The position numbers were made by a program, and so were the translations under genes. Below are positions 1 to 9,746 of a DNA stretch of 62,349 bases, piece by piece; positions within the stretch are counted from its first letter, which is position 1, and the number at the start of each line of letters is the position of its first letter. The notes beneath the pieces were generated by a model that made no database searches, was not told the DNA's origin, and saw nothing but the letters and a program-made list of their open reading frames with translations. Source of the stretch: Holosporales bacterium (GTDB lineage Bacteria; Pseudomonadota; Alphaproteobacteria; JAJTHO01); assembly GCA_046338525.1 (NCBI GenBank), contig JBKDWF010000052.1, forward strand, positions 1 through 62,349, read 5' to 3'.

Positions 1-85
1 GGTTCAACGTGTCGGCTTGGGTGACTTCTTTATTCGACTGGCCCGTGGCGATATAGGGTAATAAAATACGGGGGTTAGAGAGCAT
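1..85 (-). CDS. Partial CDS (5' end only; continues past the window edge). N-terminus resembles DUF2793-type phage/GTA-associated proteins.
   Basis: The reverse complement of 83..85 is ATG. Translation is MLSNPRILLPYIATGQSNKEVTQADTLN..., paralogous to the ORF at 1029..1211. The motif (A/G)QxxKEVTH..L..LD is recalled from the DUF2793 family. Confidence 0.4.
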   Translation of the reverse strand, partial: MLSNPRILLPYIATGQSNKEVTQADTLN

Positions 86-86
86 G
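1..86. repeat. Direct repeat copy A (partner at 1127..1212)
   Basis: Aligned by eye to 1127..1212: same length, about 9 substitutions, no indel. Confidence 0.85.
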
Positions 87-159
87 TGGCTTTATTCATT
101 ATAGAAAAAATATTGAAAAATAAAAAAAATAAAGAATATTATTTATAATAATTTTAATT

Positions 160-1008
160 TTGACCAAGGTTTTTACTATTCATGAAAAGAAGATATTGCT
201 CATGAAAATAAAAGAAAATTCGCTTTTATCTCATCTTTACACTATACGCAGGGCAATGAGAAAAGGACAGACGCTAACAGATGCAGACTTGAGCATCATA
301 GAACAAAAAATCAGTAATGGTTATTATAAACTCGACGAAACTAATGAAACAGGAAATCAACCATTACATTGGGCAATACGCATCGGAGATCCAGCATTAG
401 TGGAAATGCTTGTTAAGTATGGGGCTGATGTCAATGCTCTTACAGGCGTTAAAAATACCCCAATGGTATGGACGGCTAAGGAAGATATTAGGGCAATAAC
501 AATTGCAAAAATTCTTATTGATAATGGTGCTGATGTAAATCCTAAAGAAGAGCCGTTAATGGGCAAAACGCCCCTCATTTTTGCAGCACAAAATGGAAAT
601 GTAGATTTGGTAAAATTTTTAATAGCAAATGGAGCACTCCTTGAAAAAAAATCTCAAGAAGGCAAAACAGCTTTATTATACGCACTTTATGGCAACGAAT
701 CAAAGCATGATCAAAGTGCAAGAATCTTACTAAACGCTGGTGCAAGATACTATACCAGCGATGAACCTGATGTAGGTGAGCGTATTTTAATGGCTGCTGC
801 AGAAGAAGGAAATACAGAACTAATTTGGACGCTTATACAACAAAGCTCTGAGAAAGGATGTACAAGGCTTTTAGATATAAACTACCTTTGCAACACTCAA
901 GGTGTAAATTATATAACACCTCTCGATCTAGCGAAAGAAAATGCTCACCAAGAAGTAATAGACCTTTTAACATTTTACGGAGCATATTCATCTGGGTACC
1001 TCTATTAA
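160..1008 (+). CDS. Ankyrin-repeat protein (about 6 ANK repeats), AT-rich
   Basis: Repeated ANK signatures: GNQPLHWAIRIGDPALVEMLVKYGADVNA, GKTPLIFAAQNGNVDLVKFLIANGALLE, GKTALLYAL, ITPLDLAKENAHQEVIDLLTFYGA. Position 160 is TTG; an ATG alternative lies at 202. Composition is visibly more AT-rich than neighbouring genes. Confidence 0.85.
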   Translation: MTKVFTIHEKKILLMKIKENSLLSHLYTIRRAMRKGQTLTDADLSIIEQKISNGYYKLDETNETGNQPLHWAIRIGDPALVEMLVKYGADVNALTGVKNTPMVWTAKEDIRAITIAKILIDNGADVNPKEEPLMGKTPLIFAAQNGNVDLVKFLIANGALLEKKSQEGKTALLYALYGNESKHDQSARILLNAGARYYTSDEPDVGERILMAAAEEGNTELIWTLIQQSSEKGCTRLLDINYLCNTQGVNYITPLDLAKENAHQEVIDLLTFYGAYSSGYLY

Positions 1009-1028
1009 CTCCCAGGAATCTCTTTATA

Positions 1029-1211
1029 TTAGCTCATTATAAGGTAGGCCGCGCCCTCAACGGGGCTGCCCGGCGGCGCGGTGAGGTCTTTGTCCTCAGC
1101 CGTGGCCTGCACCAACGCATCCAACCGGTTCAACGTGTCGGCGTGGGTGACTTCTTTTTGCGCCTGGCCCGTGGCGATATAGGGGAATAAAAGACGGGGG
1201 GTTGAGGGCAT
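1029..1211 (-). pseudogene. Truncated DUF2793-like gene (60 codons, N-terminal domain only)
   Basis: MPSTPRLLFPYIATGQAQKEVTHADTLNRLDALVQATAEDKDLTAPPGSPVEGAAYLI matches the remembered DUF2793 N-terminal pattern. The ORF stops exactly where the AT-rich ankyrin cassette begins. Confidence 0.45.
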
Positions 1212-1212
1212 G
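1127..1212. repeat. Direct repeat copy B (partner at 1..86)
   Basis: See copy A. It covers the first ~28 codons plus the start codon of the minus-strand ORF. Confidence 0.85.
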
Positions 1213-1261
1213 GTGGTTAATTCCTTCTATCTGATTATTAATGGACATATCTCATAGGGAT

Positions 1262-1309
1262 GACCGGACGATGCCAATCGCCCCAGAAATGAGGTTAATA
1301 GAGGTGCCC
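1262..1309. repeat. R2-family repeat, right-arm half copy
   Basis: ...atcgccccagaaatgaggttaatagaggtgccc is nearly identical to the right arm of the full element at 38704..38811. Confidence 0.7.
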
Positions 1310-1412
1310 GAAAAACACGTTGCTGTAACGATGCTCATCGGTATACATAAGGCAACCTCTGTTAAACTAAGAAAATGACCGCATTCGCGGTTGTTATTGC
1401 GAGTCCTCTCAC

Positions 1413-2177
1413 ATGTTCGACCTCAAAAATAAACGCGGCCTGATTCTTGGGATTGCCAATGATCAAAGTATTGCTGCCGGCTGTGCGGCAGCGTTGCACC
1501 AGGCCGGCGCGGAACTGGCCATTACCTATCTCAATGATAAGGCCAAGCCACATGTGACTAAAGTATCTGATTCATTAAATAGTTCTTGGCTGTTGCCCTG
1601 CGATGTGCGCGTACCTGGCCAGCTCGAGGCGGTGTTCGCGGCCATTAAGGAAAAATGGGGAAACCTTGATTTTCTACTCCACTCCATCGCCTATGCCCCG
1701 CGGGAAGATTTGCACGCCCGGGTGACGGATTGTTCCGAGGCCGGGTTTTTAGAGGCCATGGGGGTGAGTTGTCATTCGTTTATCCGCTGCGCTAAGCTTG
1801 CCGAACCGTTGATGTCTAAGGGTGGGACCATGCTGACCCTGACTTTTTTTGGCAGCCAGCGGGTCGTGCCCCATTACAACCTTATGGGGCCGGTGAAGGC
1901 TGCACTAGAAGCCAGCACTCGTGCAATGGCCTACGAGTTGGCCGACAAAGCCATTCGTGTCCATTCTGTCTCCCCCGGCCCCATCAAAACCCGGGCGGCC
2001 AGCGGGATAAGCCGCTTTGATGAGCTCCTCGATGAGGCCGCCGAACGTGTCCCAAGCCATCGCTTAGTGGATATTGCCGATGTTGGCGCATTAGTCGCTT
2101 TTTTGTGCAGCGACGGGGCAAAAGCCATTACCGGCGCAACGCATTATGTTGATCACGGGTTTCATAGTATTGCCTGA
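1413..2177 (+). CDS. fabI: Enoyl-[acyl-carrier-protein] reductase (NADH)
   Basis: 254 aa. The N-terminus KRGLILGIANDQSIAAGCA and the overall SDR pattern are typical of FabI. Confidence 0.9.
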   Translation: MFDLKNKRGLILGIANDQSIAAGCAAALHQAGAELAITYLNDKAKPHVTKVSDSLNSSWLLPCDVRVPGQLEAVFAAIKEKWGNLDFLLHSIAYAPREDLHARVTDCSEAGFLEAMGVSCHSFIRCAKLAEPLMSKGGTMLTLTFFGSQRVVPHYNLMGPVKAALEASTRAMAYELADKAIRVHSVSPGPIKTRAASGISRFDELLDEAAERVPSHRLVDIADVGALVAFLCSDGAKAITGATHYVDHGFHSIA

Positions 2178-2188
2178 TTTTTACAGGG

Positions 2189-2452
2189 GGGTGAAAAGCC
2201 ATTGGTTTTTCTTATTTTAAATACCCCCTTCCTCACCTTCCCCCGCTGCGCGGGAGAAGGAGGCAACGGGCGGCGGCGTTATACCCCGATAATGCTGGAA
2301 TAGAGCCAATTTCAGGGCTTGTGTGCATAGGGTAGGCCGAAAGGAGAGGTCGCCAAAGATGCCGCTTTGGCGGGTGAGGGCGTAGAAACTGGAACCCAAA
2401 CATTTTAGAAAAGAGATAATCACTATATATTACTCAATAGACTGTAAATTAG
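2189..2452 (-). repeat. R3-family MITE-like element, partial copy (one terminus only)
   Basis: The reverse complement aligns along its whole length with the left ~285 bp of the element at 41798..42249. It includes the terminus ctaatttacagtctattgagtaatatata and the block ccttctcccgcgcagcgggggaaggtgaggaaggggg. Confidence 0.75.
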
Positions 2453-2528
2453 CATGAGTTTTCGCTAATCCCCAAAATGGTTGAATTTTCTTGACCTTGG
2501 AGGGGTTTCCTAGGATTGTTCCCCTCTT

Positions 2529-4196
2529 ATGAGTAAACCCCGATATAATCCCGATGATTTAACCTTCCTACCGTTGGGGGGATGTAATGAAATCGGCATG
2601 AACATGACTTTGTACGGGTACAAGGGTAAATGGATCATGATCGATTGCGGGATAACCTTTGGTGATTCCAGCATGCCAGGCGTGGACATTCTTATGCCTG
2701 ATCCAGCTTTCATCAGTGCTAATATTGATAACCTGATAGCCATTGTCGTCACCCACGCCCATGAGGATCACATTGGCGCGTTGCCCTACCTATGGCCGGA
2801 ATTACCGGTTCCCATTTACGCAACACCCTTTACCGCCAGTGTGCTGCGCCGTAAATTTGCCGAATCCGATGATTGCGATGATGTGCCGCTGCATATCCTT
2901 CCTATGTCGGGCACTGTGGAGCTAGGGCCTTTCAAACTACAGCTAATAACGCTTACGCATTCAACTCTAGAGCCGAATGCCGTTGTCGTTCGTACCGATG
3001 CTGGTACGATTTTGCACACCGGGGACTGGAAACTAGACCCCGATCCGGTGGTTGGTGATGTGACGGATGAGGCCGCGCTGCGCGCCTTGGCAAATGAAAA
3101 TGTTTTAGCAATGGTATGTGATTCCACCAATGTGTTGGTGGAGGGAACAAGTGGTTCCGAGGCCGATGTTGCCAAAGAGCTTATTCCCCTTATTAAAAAA
3201 CAAAAAGGTGGTGTTGCGGTGGCATGTTTTGCCACGAACGTCGCACGACTTCGAACTATTGCCCAAGCCGCAAAGGAAGCAGGTCGTACCGTGGTCATGG
3301 CCGGGCGAAGCCTGCGGCGTATTTTTGAGGCGGCTCGAGAGAATGGCTATCTTAATGATATTGAATCATTTATTGATATTCGGGATGCGGAAGACTTGCC
3401 GGTGGATCATGCCTTATATGTGTGTACCGGAAGCCAGGGGGAGCCACGCTCTGCTCTGGCTCGGCTCGCAGCCGGGGATCATCCCCAACTAAAATTGCGT
3501 GCTGGTGATGCGGTAATTTTCTCCTCCAGACAGATTCCAGGCAACGAAAAGGCCATTGCCTTGGTACAAAACCGTCTCGCCGCCCAAGGCATAAAGGTCA
3601 TTACGGATCGTCATGCGGCTATTCACGTTTCTGGACATCCGGCACGGGAAGAGTTGCGGGAGATGTACCGCTGGGTACAGCCACGCACGGTCATCCCGGT
3701 ACACGGCGAACATCGCCACCTAGTGGCCCAGGCTGAGCTTGCCCTCTCCTGTCAGGTGCCCAATGCCCTAGTGGTACGCAATGGTGATATTGTTCGATTT
3801 GATAAAGGCGGCACGGCATCAATTGCTGGCCATGTACCGGCGGCGCGATTGGCGCTTCAGGGTGAACGTCTGGTGGACATTAAAGGCGTGCCCTTTAAAC
3901 AGGTGCAAAAAGTAGTTGAATTTGGGTACCTAGTGGTAAGTTTGGTGCTGGGTCGTGATGGTGGTCTTGCCATGCCAATGCGGTTATCTAGCGTGGGATT
4001 ATTCCATGATGATGAGCTAGCCGGTGCAACAGATGCAATAGAGGAATTGCTGGAACCGGAATTGATTAAGCTACGCAGTACCAGCAAGCGCGACGATGCC
4101 CTTATAACTACCCTGGTGCGTAAGATAGTCCGACAGGTGGTTAAAGCTGAAATCGGTAAGAAACCACAGATTGATGTTCATATTTTTCGTCTCTAA
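2529..4196 (+). CDS. rnj: Ribonuclease J (metallo-beta-lactamase/beta-CASP family)
   Basis: 555 aa. Contains the HxHxDH motif (THAHEDHIGALP), and length and architecture are typical of RNase J. Confidence 0.85.
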   Translation: MSKPRYNPDDLTFLPLGGCNEIGMNMTLYGYKGKWIMIDCGITFGDSSMPGVDILMPDPAFISANIDNLIAIVVTHAHEDHIGALPYLWPELPVPIYATPFTASVLRRKFAESDDCDDVPLHILPMSGTVELGPFKLQLITLTHSTLEPNAVVVRTDAGTILHTGDWKLDPDPVVGDVTDEAALRALANENVLAMVCDSTNVLVEGTSGSEADVAKELIPLIKKQKGGVAVACFATNVARLRTIAQAAKEAGRTVVMAGRSLRRIFEAARENGYLNDIESFIDIRDAEDLPVDHALYVCTGSQGEPRSALARLAAGDHPQLKLRAGDAVIFSSRQIPGNEKAIALVQNRLAAQGIKVITDRHAAIHVSGHPAREELREMYRWVQPRTVIPVHGEHRHLVAQAELALSCQVPNALVVRNGDIVRFDKGGTASIAGHVPAARLALQGERLVDIKGVPFKQVQKVVEFGYLVVSLVLGRDGGLAMPMRLSSVGLFHDDELAGATDAIEELLEPELIKLRSTSKRDDALITTLVRKIVRQVVKAEIGKKPQIDVHIFRL

Positions 4197-4214
4197 AAAT
4201 AGGGGGCATAGCAG

Positions 4215-5459
4215 ATGACCACCCCTTTACAAACGCCCCGAGGCACCCACGATATTTTCGGTATTGAGGCACGTCAACACGCCCATATTAATGCACTATT
4301 GGCACAAATATGCGGTCGCTATGGGGCGGAACCTATTTCTACCCCAATCTTTGAAAATTTAGCAGTTTTTGCGCGCACCTTAGGCGAGGGCAGTGACGTT
4401 GTAGCCAAGGAAATGTACACATTTGCCGATCGTGGCGGGGAAATGTTGGCCTTGCGCCCAGAGGGGACAGCAGGGGTGGCGCGTGCATTCATTAACGCCG
4501 GGCTGTACGACACCCTGCCAAGGGCATTTTATTATGCCGGCCCCATGTTTCGGTATGAGCGCCCCCAGAAAGGCCGCCAGCGGCAATTTCACCAAGCTGG
4601 GGTAGAATTCCTTGGCACTACCGGGGCACTGGCCGATGCTGAGGCGATTGCCTGCGCCTGGCGATTTTTACAGGAACTAAAAATCACGGCACCATTAACG
4701 TTGGAAATTAATACTCTTGGTACTGTTTCTGAACGCCATGCTTTTCGTGATGCCCTCGCACAGTATTTTAGGGGATATGAACAAACACTATCCGCAGATA
4801 GCTTGCGGCGGCTTGCCATTAACCCCCTGCGTATCTTGGACTCAAAAGATTCGGGTGACCGAGCGTTGTTTGTCGATGCGCCTGCGTTTGCCGATTATCT
4901 GTCGCCAGAAAGCCGGCAATGGTTTGATGATGTTCGCTATTATTTGGAAGCATTAGGTATTCCTTCGGTACATTCCCCACGCTTGGTGCGCGGTCTGGAT
5001 TATTATACCCACACTGCCTTTGAAGTGACCACCACCGCCTTGGGGGCACAGGCTACTGTTTTAGCTGGAGGAAGGTACGATGGCCTGCTGGCCTCTATGG
5101 GCGGTAAGGATGCACCGGGGATTGGATGGGCGGCGGGGGTTGAGCGGCTCGCCCTGCTCATGCCATCATCGGACAGCGTTAAAGTGTTGGCGTTGTGTGC
5201 TTTGGGTACGGTGCCTAGTGCCGCGGTATTGCACTTGGCAGAAGAAATACGCGCGGTTTGCCCCGTTGAAATTCTTAGAGGTAATACTATCGGTAAACTG
5301 CTCAACAAAGCCGATCGGCGCGGAGCCACCGCAGCACTTTTTTACGGTGAAGCCGAGGAACAAGCGGGTATTTTTCCCCTAAAGAATTTGCGAAGCAGCA
5401 CACAAGTAAACGTGCCGCGCGAACGCTTGTGCGAGGCAATATCAGAGATGTTTCAATAG
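4215..5459 (+). CDS. hisS: Histidine--tRNA ligase
   Basis: 414 aa. PRGTHD..., LRPEGTAGVARA and FRYERPQKGRQRQFHQ are class II HisRS motifs. Confidence 0.95.
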   Translation: MTTPLQTPRGTHDIFGIEARQHAHINALLAQICGRYGAEPISTPIFENLAVFARTLGEGSDVVAKEMYTFADRGGEMLALRPEGTAGVARAFINAGLYDTLPRAFYYAGPMFRYERPQKGRQRQFHQAGVEFLGTTGALADAEAIACAWRFLQELKITAPLTLEINTLGTVSERHAFRDALAQYFRGYEQTLSADSLRRLAINPLRILDSKDSGDRALFVDAPAFADYLSPESRQWFDDVRYYLEALGIPSVHSPRLVRGLDYYTHTAFEVTTTALGAQATVLAGGRYDGLLASMGGKDAPGIGWAAGVERLALLMPSSDSVKVLALCALGTVPSAAVLHLAEEIRAVCPVEILRGNTIGKLLNKADRRGATAALFYGEAEEQAGIFPLKNLRSSTQVNVPRERLCEAISEMFQ

Positions 5460-5465
5460 TTTATT

Positions 5466-6200
5466 CTATTGGTATAAGCCGCCGTTCACATGCAGTGTTT
5501 GCCCGGTAACATACCGTCCCCCAGGGCTGGCAAGGTACAGTGCGGCGGCGGCAATATCGGAAGGCTCTCCATAAACGCCCAAAGGAATACGGGTTAGCAT
5601 GGCGGCGGTTTGCTGCTCATTTAACGCATCGGTCATAGGGGTTTTGATAAAGCCTGGAGCAATAGCGTTGACAGTGATATTACGGCTGGCCACTTCTAGG
5701 GCTAGGGACTTTGTTAGGCCGATGAGGCCAGCTTTACTGGCTACATAATTTGCCTGACCGGCATTTCCCATAAACCCAACAACACTACTGATATTAATAA
5801 TGCGGCCACTTCGGGCTTTCATCATAGGTCTTAGGGCGGCGCGGCATAACCGGAAAGCCCCGGTGAGGTTAATATCCAGAACCGTTTGCCAATCTTCATC
5901 TTTCATTCTCATCATCAGGCCATCTTTCGTCACCCCCGCGTTGTTGACGATAATATCGAGACGGCCAAACGCTTTCAGGGATTCCTCTACTAAGCGTTCG
6001 GCTGTTTCCGGTTTCGCCATGTCGCCGGTAACAATGGTATGCTTGCCGGGAAGGGTGGCGGCAACATCGTTCAGCACTGCTTGGCGTGTTCCGGCCAGAA
6101 CAACGCTGGCACCGGCTTCGGAAAATGCCTGCGCTATGGCGCGGCCAATACCGCCGCTGGCACCAGTGACAAGGGCTGTCTGCCCATCAAGACGAAACAT
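5466..6200 (-). CDS. fabG: 3-oxoacyl-[ACP] reductase
   Basis: 244 aa SDR with TGASGGIGRAIA and the YxxxK region (NYVASKAG); the ending HVNGGLY is typical of FabG. Confidence 0.85.
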   Translation of the reverse strand: MFRLDGQTALVTGASGGIGRAIAQAFSEAGASVVLAGTRQAVLNDVAATLPGKHTIVTGDMAKPETAERLVEESLKAFGRLDIIVNNAGVTKDGLMMRMKDEDWQTVLDINLTGAFRLCRAALRPMMKARSGRIINISSVVGFMGNAGQANYVASKAGLIGLTKSLALEVASRNITVNAIAPGFIKTPMTDALNEQQTAAMLTRIPLGVYGEPSDIAAAALYLASPGGRYVTGQTLHVNGGLYQ

Positions 6201-6330
6201 CGAATCCTCCTACGCTTTTGTGTTCTACAAGGTCATCGGGCGTTCTTCAACCCGCGAGCCACCATAAAAAGCCCTTAGGGCGTCGCCCTAGGCCGCCTCT
6301 CTTATACCGCTTTGCGTTCAATATACATCT

Positions 6331-6352
6331 GGGCACCTCTATTAACCTCATT
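6331..6352. repeat. R2-family repeat, isolated terminal arm
   Basis: gggcacctctattaacctcatt equals the terminal inverted repeat of the R2 element. Confidence 0.6.
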
Positions 6353-6437
6353 GACGACTGCTCCTGCTTCTCATACCACCGTTACTAGAAATTAACTATC
6401 GATCTCTAAAAGACACCACCAGAAAAAGGATTTTCCC

Positions 6438-7073
6438 ATGCGTGACCCTGTTGATGTTTTCACCAACACCCTAGTACCGATGGTTATTGAGCAAACTGCC
6501 CGTGGGGAGCGGTCGTTTGATATTTATTCCCGTCTGCTTAAAGAGCGGATTATTTTTATGGTCGGTCCGGTGAACGATGCCATTTCGTCGTTGGTGTGCG
6601 CCCAGCTACTATTTTTAGAGTCGGAAAATCCAAAAAAAGATATTTATCTCTATATTAACTCCCCCGGTGGCGTGGTCACGTCTGGCCTCGCTATGTACGA
6701 CACGATGCAGTACATTTCTCCCGATGTTGTAACGCTCTGTATTGGTCAGGCGGCTAGTATGGGATCATTGCTGTTGGCTGGCGGGACACCCGGAAAGCGG
6801 TATAGTCTCACCAATAGCCGCATCATGATCCACCAACCATCAGGCGGCTTTCAAGGCCAAGCAGCAGACATTGAGATTCACGCACGGGAAATAATCGCCC
6901 TACGCGCTCGCCTTAATGAAATTTACGTCAAACATACCGGCCAAAAACTTAGTACTATTGAAAAAGCGATGGATCGCGATAACTTTATGACCGCTGATGA
7001 GGCGAAAAAATTTGGCCTCATTGATGAAGTACTGAACAAGCGTCCAGTTAAAGACGGTGACAAGAAAGACTAA
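6438..7073 (+). CDS. clpP: ATP-dependent Clp protease proteolytic subunit
   Basis: 211 aa. [25 protein letters not shown] (catalytic Ser) and IMIHQP (His) are present. Confidence 0.95.
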   Translation: MRDPVDVFTNTLVPMVIEQTARGERSFDIYSRLLKERIIFMVGPVNDAISSLVCAQLLFLESENPKKDIYLYINSPGGVVTSGLAMYDTMQYISPDVVTLCIGQAASMGSLLLAGGTPGKRYSLTNSRIMIHQPSGGFQGQAADIEIHAREIIALRARLNEIYVKHTGQKLSTIEKAMDRDNFMTADEAKKFGLIDEVLNKRPVKDGDKKD

Positions 7074-7079
7074 AAGGGT

Positions 7080-9743
7080 ATGGTTGATAACCGCGATCAA
7101 CGCCCTGATCCTGATGCCCTTTTATCACTGGTGCAGGAACAGGAAAAAGCGCGGTACGTTGGCCGACTGAAAATCTTTTTTGGAGCCTGCGCCGGGGTGG
7201 GCAAGACTTATGCCATGCTTCGCGCTGGCCATGAGCGTCGCGCTGAAGGCGTTGATGTGGTCATCGGGGTGGTGGAAACCCACGATCGTAGTGAAACAGT
7301 CAACGCCGTTGCTGATCTAGCTCATATTCCGCCTCGGCAGGTGAACCACAAGGGGGTTACCCTCAAGGAATTTGACCTTGATGCCGCGATCGCTCGGCGG
7401 CCGCAGGTTATACTTCTCGATGAACTTGCCCATACCAATGCCCCCGGAAGCCGTCACCCCAAACGATGGCAGGATGTAGAAGAACTCCTTGAAGAGGGTA
7501 TTGATGTCTATACCACCCTCAACGTTCAGCATATCGAAAGTCTAAACGACGTTGTGGCGCGTATTACTGGGATTTGGGTCAAGGAGACTGTTCCCGATGC
7601 TCTATTTGATCGTGCTGATGATATTGCTTTGATTGACATCCCCCCGGATGAACTGCTCAAGCGCCTGCGTGAGGGAAAAGTTTATCTAGGAGAGCAAGTA
7701 CAACAAAGGGCAGCAAACAATTTCTTCCGCAAAGGAAATCTTATTGCGCTGCGGGAAATGGCTTTGCGCCTTACGGCAGAACGGGTGGACGCGCAAATGG
7801 CGCGATACACCAATGAGACTGGCACCAAGGATGTTAGTGCCACTAATGAGCGTATTTTGGTGTGCATTGGCTCGGATGCCTTATCGCTGAAACTTGTGCG
7901 GGCGGCTAAGCGGATTGCCGGGCGCCTCAAGGTAGATTGGGTTGCCGTGTACGTGGAAAGTGACCGCCATTATCGGTTGTCGCAAAAAGGCCTTACGGCT
8001 GTTGAACGAACACTCCGCCTAGCTGAGGAAATGGGTGGGGAAACCAGAATCTTAAATGGTTCTTCAGTACCAGAGACTGTTATTGCCTTTGCGCGCAACA
8101 ATAATATTAGCCGTATTATTGTTGGCCAAGCAATGCGCCGGCGTTGGTATGATGTTTTTGGTAATACGAGTTTGGCTCAAGAGCTTATTCGCGCCGCCGG
8201 GGGCATTGATATTTATGTGATTGCCCCTGATGGGGTCAGCACGGCTGATCCCGAACTTCTGCGTTCGGAGAAGTTACGTCTGCAACTAACGCCATTGCTC
8301 CACAGCTTCGGGGGCGTGATGGTATCAACCCTCATTAGCCTTCCGTTTCAGGGGGTTATTGATCCAGGTATCATTTTGATGGTGTATGTATTGGCTTTGG
8401 TGCTGACGGCGGTGCGGGCATCGTTGCCAATTTTGGTCATTACTACCTTTGTGGCTATGCTGGTTCATAATTTGCTTTTTGTACCCCCTTATTATTTAAT
8501 TTCTGAAGATGATAGTGCGTTCATTTTGGGGTGGCTTGCTTTGTTGGCAACGACGTTCTTTATTAGTCGCCAATCGAGTCGATTGAAGCTCCAAGCTGAT
8601 TATAGCAGGGCAAGGGAACGCAACATGGCCTCGCTGTACGCTATGACGAGAGCGTTATCCTCGAATCGCGGTCTTGATGTTCTTGCCGCGATTGCCGCTA
8701 AGCATATTGGCGAAAGCATGGAAGCGGAGGTGCATATTTGGTTGCCGACGCCTGAGGGAAGCTTGCGTCCTTCCGGGGACACCCTTGTTGCTGATGAAAG
8801 TAAGGAATTAAGCGTTGCCCGATGGGCTTTTCAACATCGCCAAAACGCTGGGCTTGGAACTACTACCTTACCGACGGCACGTGGATTGTATATCCCCATG
8901 TCTACATCATCGGGGGTGTTAGGCGTTGCCGGTATTATTCCAAGGGATGGTATTATTTTCTCATCGGAAAAAGTTGGCATTATGGAAACATTTGTCAGTC
9001 AAGCCGCCTCCGCTTTGGAACGCGCTATGATCGCCGATATTGCCGAAAAAACCCGCATCGGGGCTGAAACCGAAAAGCTGCGTAACTTGTTGCTTTCCTC
9101 CGTGAGTCATGATTTGCGCGCACCCGTCGCCGCCATTGCCGGGGCAAGCAGTACTCTGATGATGGACCCGGGCAAGCTAAATGAACAGGGGCGGGATGAT
9201 CTCTTGCGGGTGATTCATAGTGAATCCTCTAGGTTGTCGAAAATTGTCACCAACCTGTTGGATGTCACCAGCCTAGAGACGGGTTCTATAAAACTTTCCC
9301 GTGAATATTTCTTTGTGGAAGAGCTGATTGGTTCCGCTTTGTTGCGGGTTAAGGAAACCTATGGCAATTGGGCTATTAATGTTCAGATTGCAGAATTTAT
9401 CCCTCTCGTCTTTGTTGATGGATTATTGATTGAGCAAGTTTTCGTAAGTCTTTTGGAACATGTTGCGGGTCATGGGGAACGCGGCGAGATGGTTCGTATT
9501 AAGGCCGATGTGGTTGGGGATATGCTGGAGATTACTATGAGTTACCGCCCTGATGCGGATCGTATAGGGGATGATGCCGTTGATAAATCGCGCAGCGCTG
9601 GCTTAGGCCTTGGCATTTGCCGAGGTATTATTACTGCCCACCGGGGGCAGATGCAAGTGAGCCGGGAAGAAAAAGAAAATAGCGTGAAAGTCACCCTGAT
9701 TCTACCCATGCGCGATCCTGATGAAGACAGTCTAGCGGGGTAG
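7080..9743 (+). CDS. kdpD: KdpD-type sensor histidine kinase (N-terminal KdpD/Usp domains, 4 TM helices, GAF-like domain, HisKA), with a degenerate ATP-binding domain
   Basis: RLKIFFGACAGVGKTYAMLRAG (KdpD P-loop region). H-box SVSHDLRAPV. The CA region reads LLEHVAGH ... SYRPDAD ... SAGLGLGIC, so the N-box Asn and the G1 DxGxG are not conserved. Confidence 0.85.
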   Translation: MVDNRDQRPDPDALLSLVQEQEKARYVGRLKIFFGACAGVGKTYAMLRAGHERRAEGVDVVIGVVETHDRSETVNAVADLAHIPPRQVNHKGVTLKEFDLDAAIARRPQVILLDELAHTNAPGSRHPKRWQDVEELLEEGIDVYTTLNVQHIESLNDVVARITGIWVKETVPDALFDRADDIALIDIPPDELLKRLREGKVYLGEQVQQRAANNFFRKGNLIALREMALRLTAERVDAQMARYTNETGTKDVSATNERILVCIGSDALSLKLVRAAKRIAGRLKVDWVAVYVESDRHYRLSQKGLTAVERTLRLAEEMGGETRILNGSSVPETVIAFARNNNISRIIVGQAMRRRWYDVFGNTSLAQELIRAAGGIDIYVIAPDGVSTADPELLRSEKLRLQLTPLLHSFGGVMVSTLISLPFQGVIDPGIILMVYVLALVLTAVRASLPILVITTFVAMLVHNLLFVPPYYLISEDDSAFILGWLALLATTFFISRQSSRLKLQADYSRARERNMASLYAMTRALSSNRGLDVLAAIAAKHIGESMEAEVHIWLPTPEGSLRPSGDTLVADESKELSVARWAFQHRQNAGLGTTTLPTARGLYIPMSTSSGVLGVAGIIPRDGIIFSSEKVGIMETFVSQAASALERAMIADIAEKTRIGAETEKLRNLLLSSVSHDLRAPVAAIAGASSTLMMDPGKLNEQGRDDLLRVIHSESSRLSKIVTNLLDVTSLETGSIKLSREYFFVEELIGSALLRVKETYGNWAINVQIAEFIPLVFVDGLLIEQVFVSLLEHVAGHGERGEMVRIKADVVGDMLEITMSYRPDADRIGDDAVDKSRSAGLGLGICRGIITAHRGQMQVSREEKENSVKVTLILPMRDPDEDSLAG

Positions 9744-9746
9744 AGG

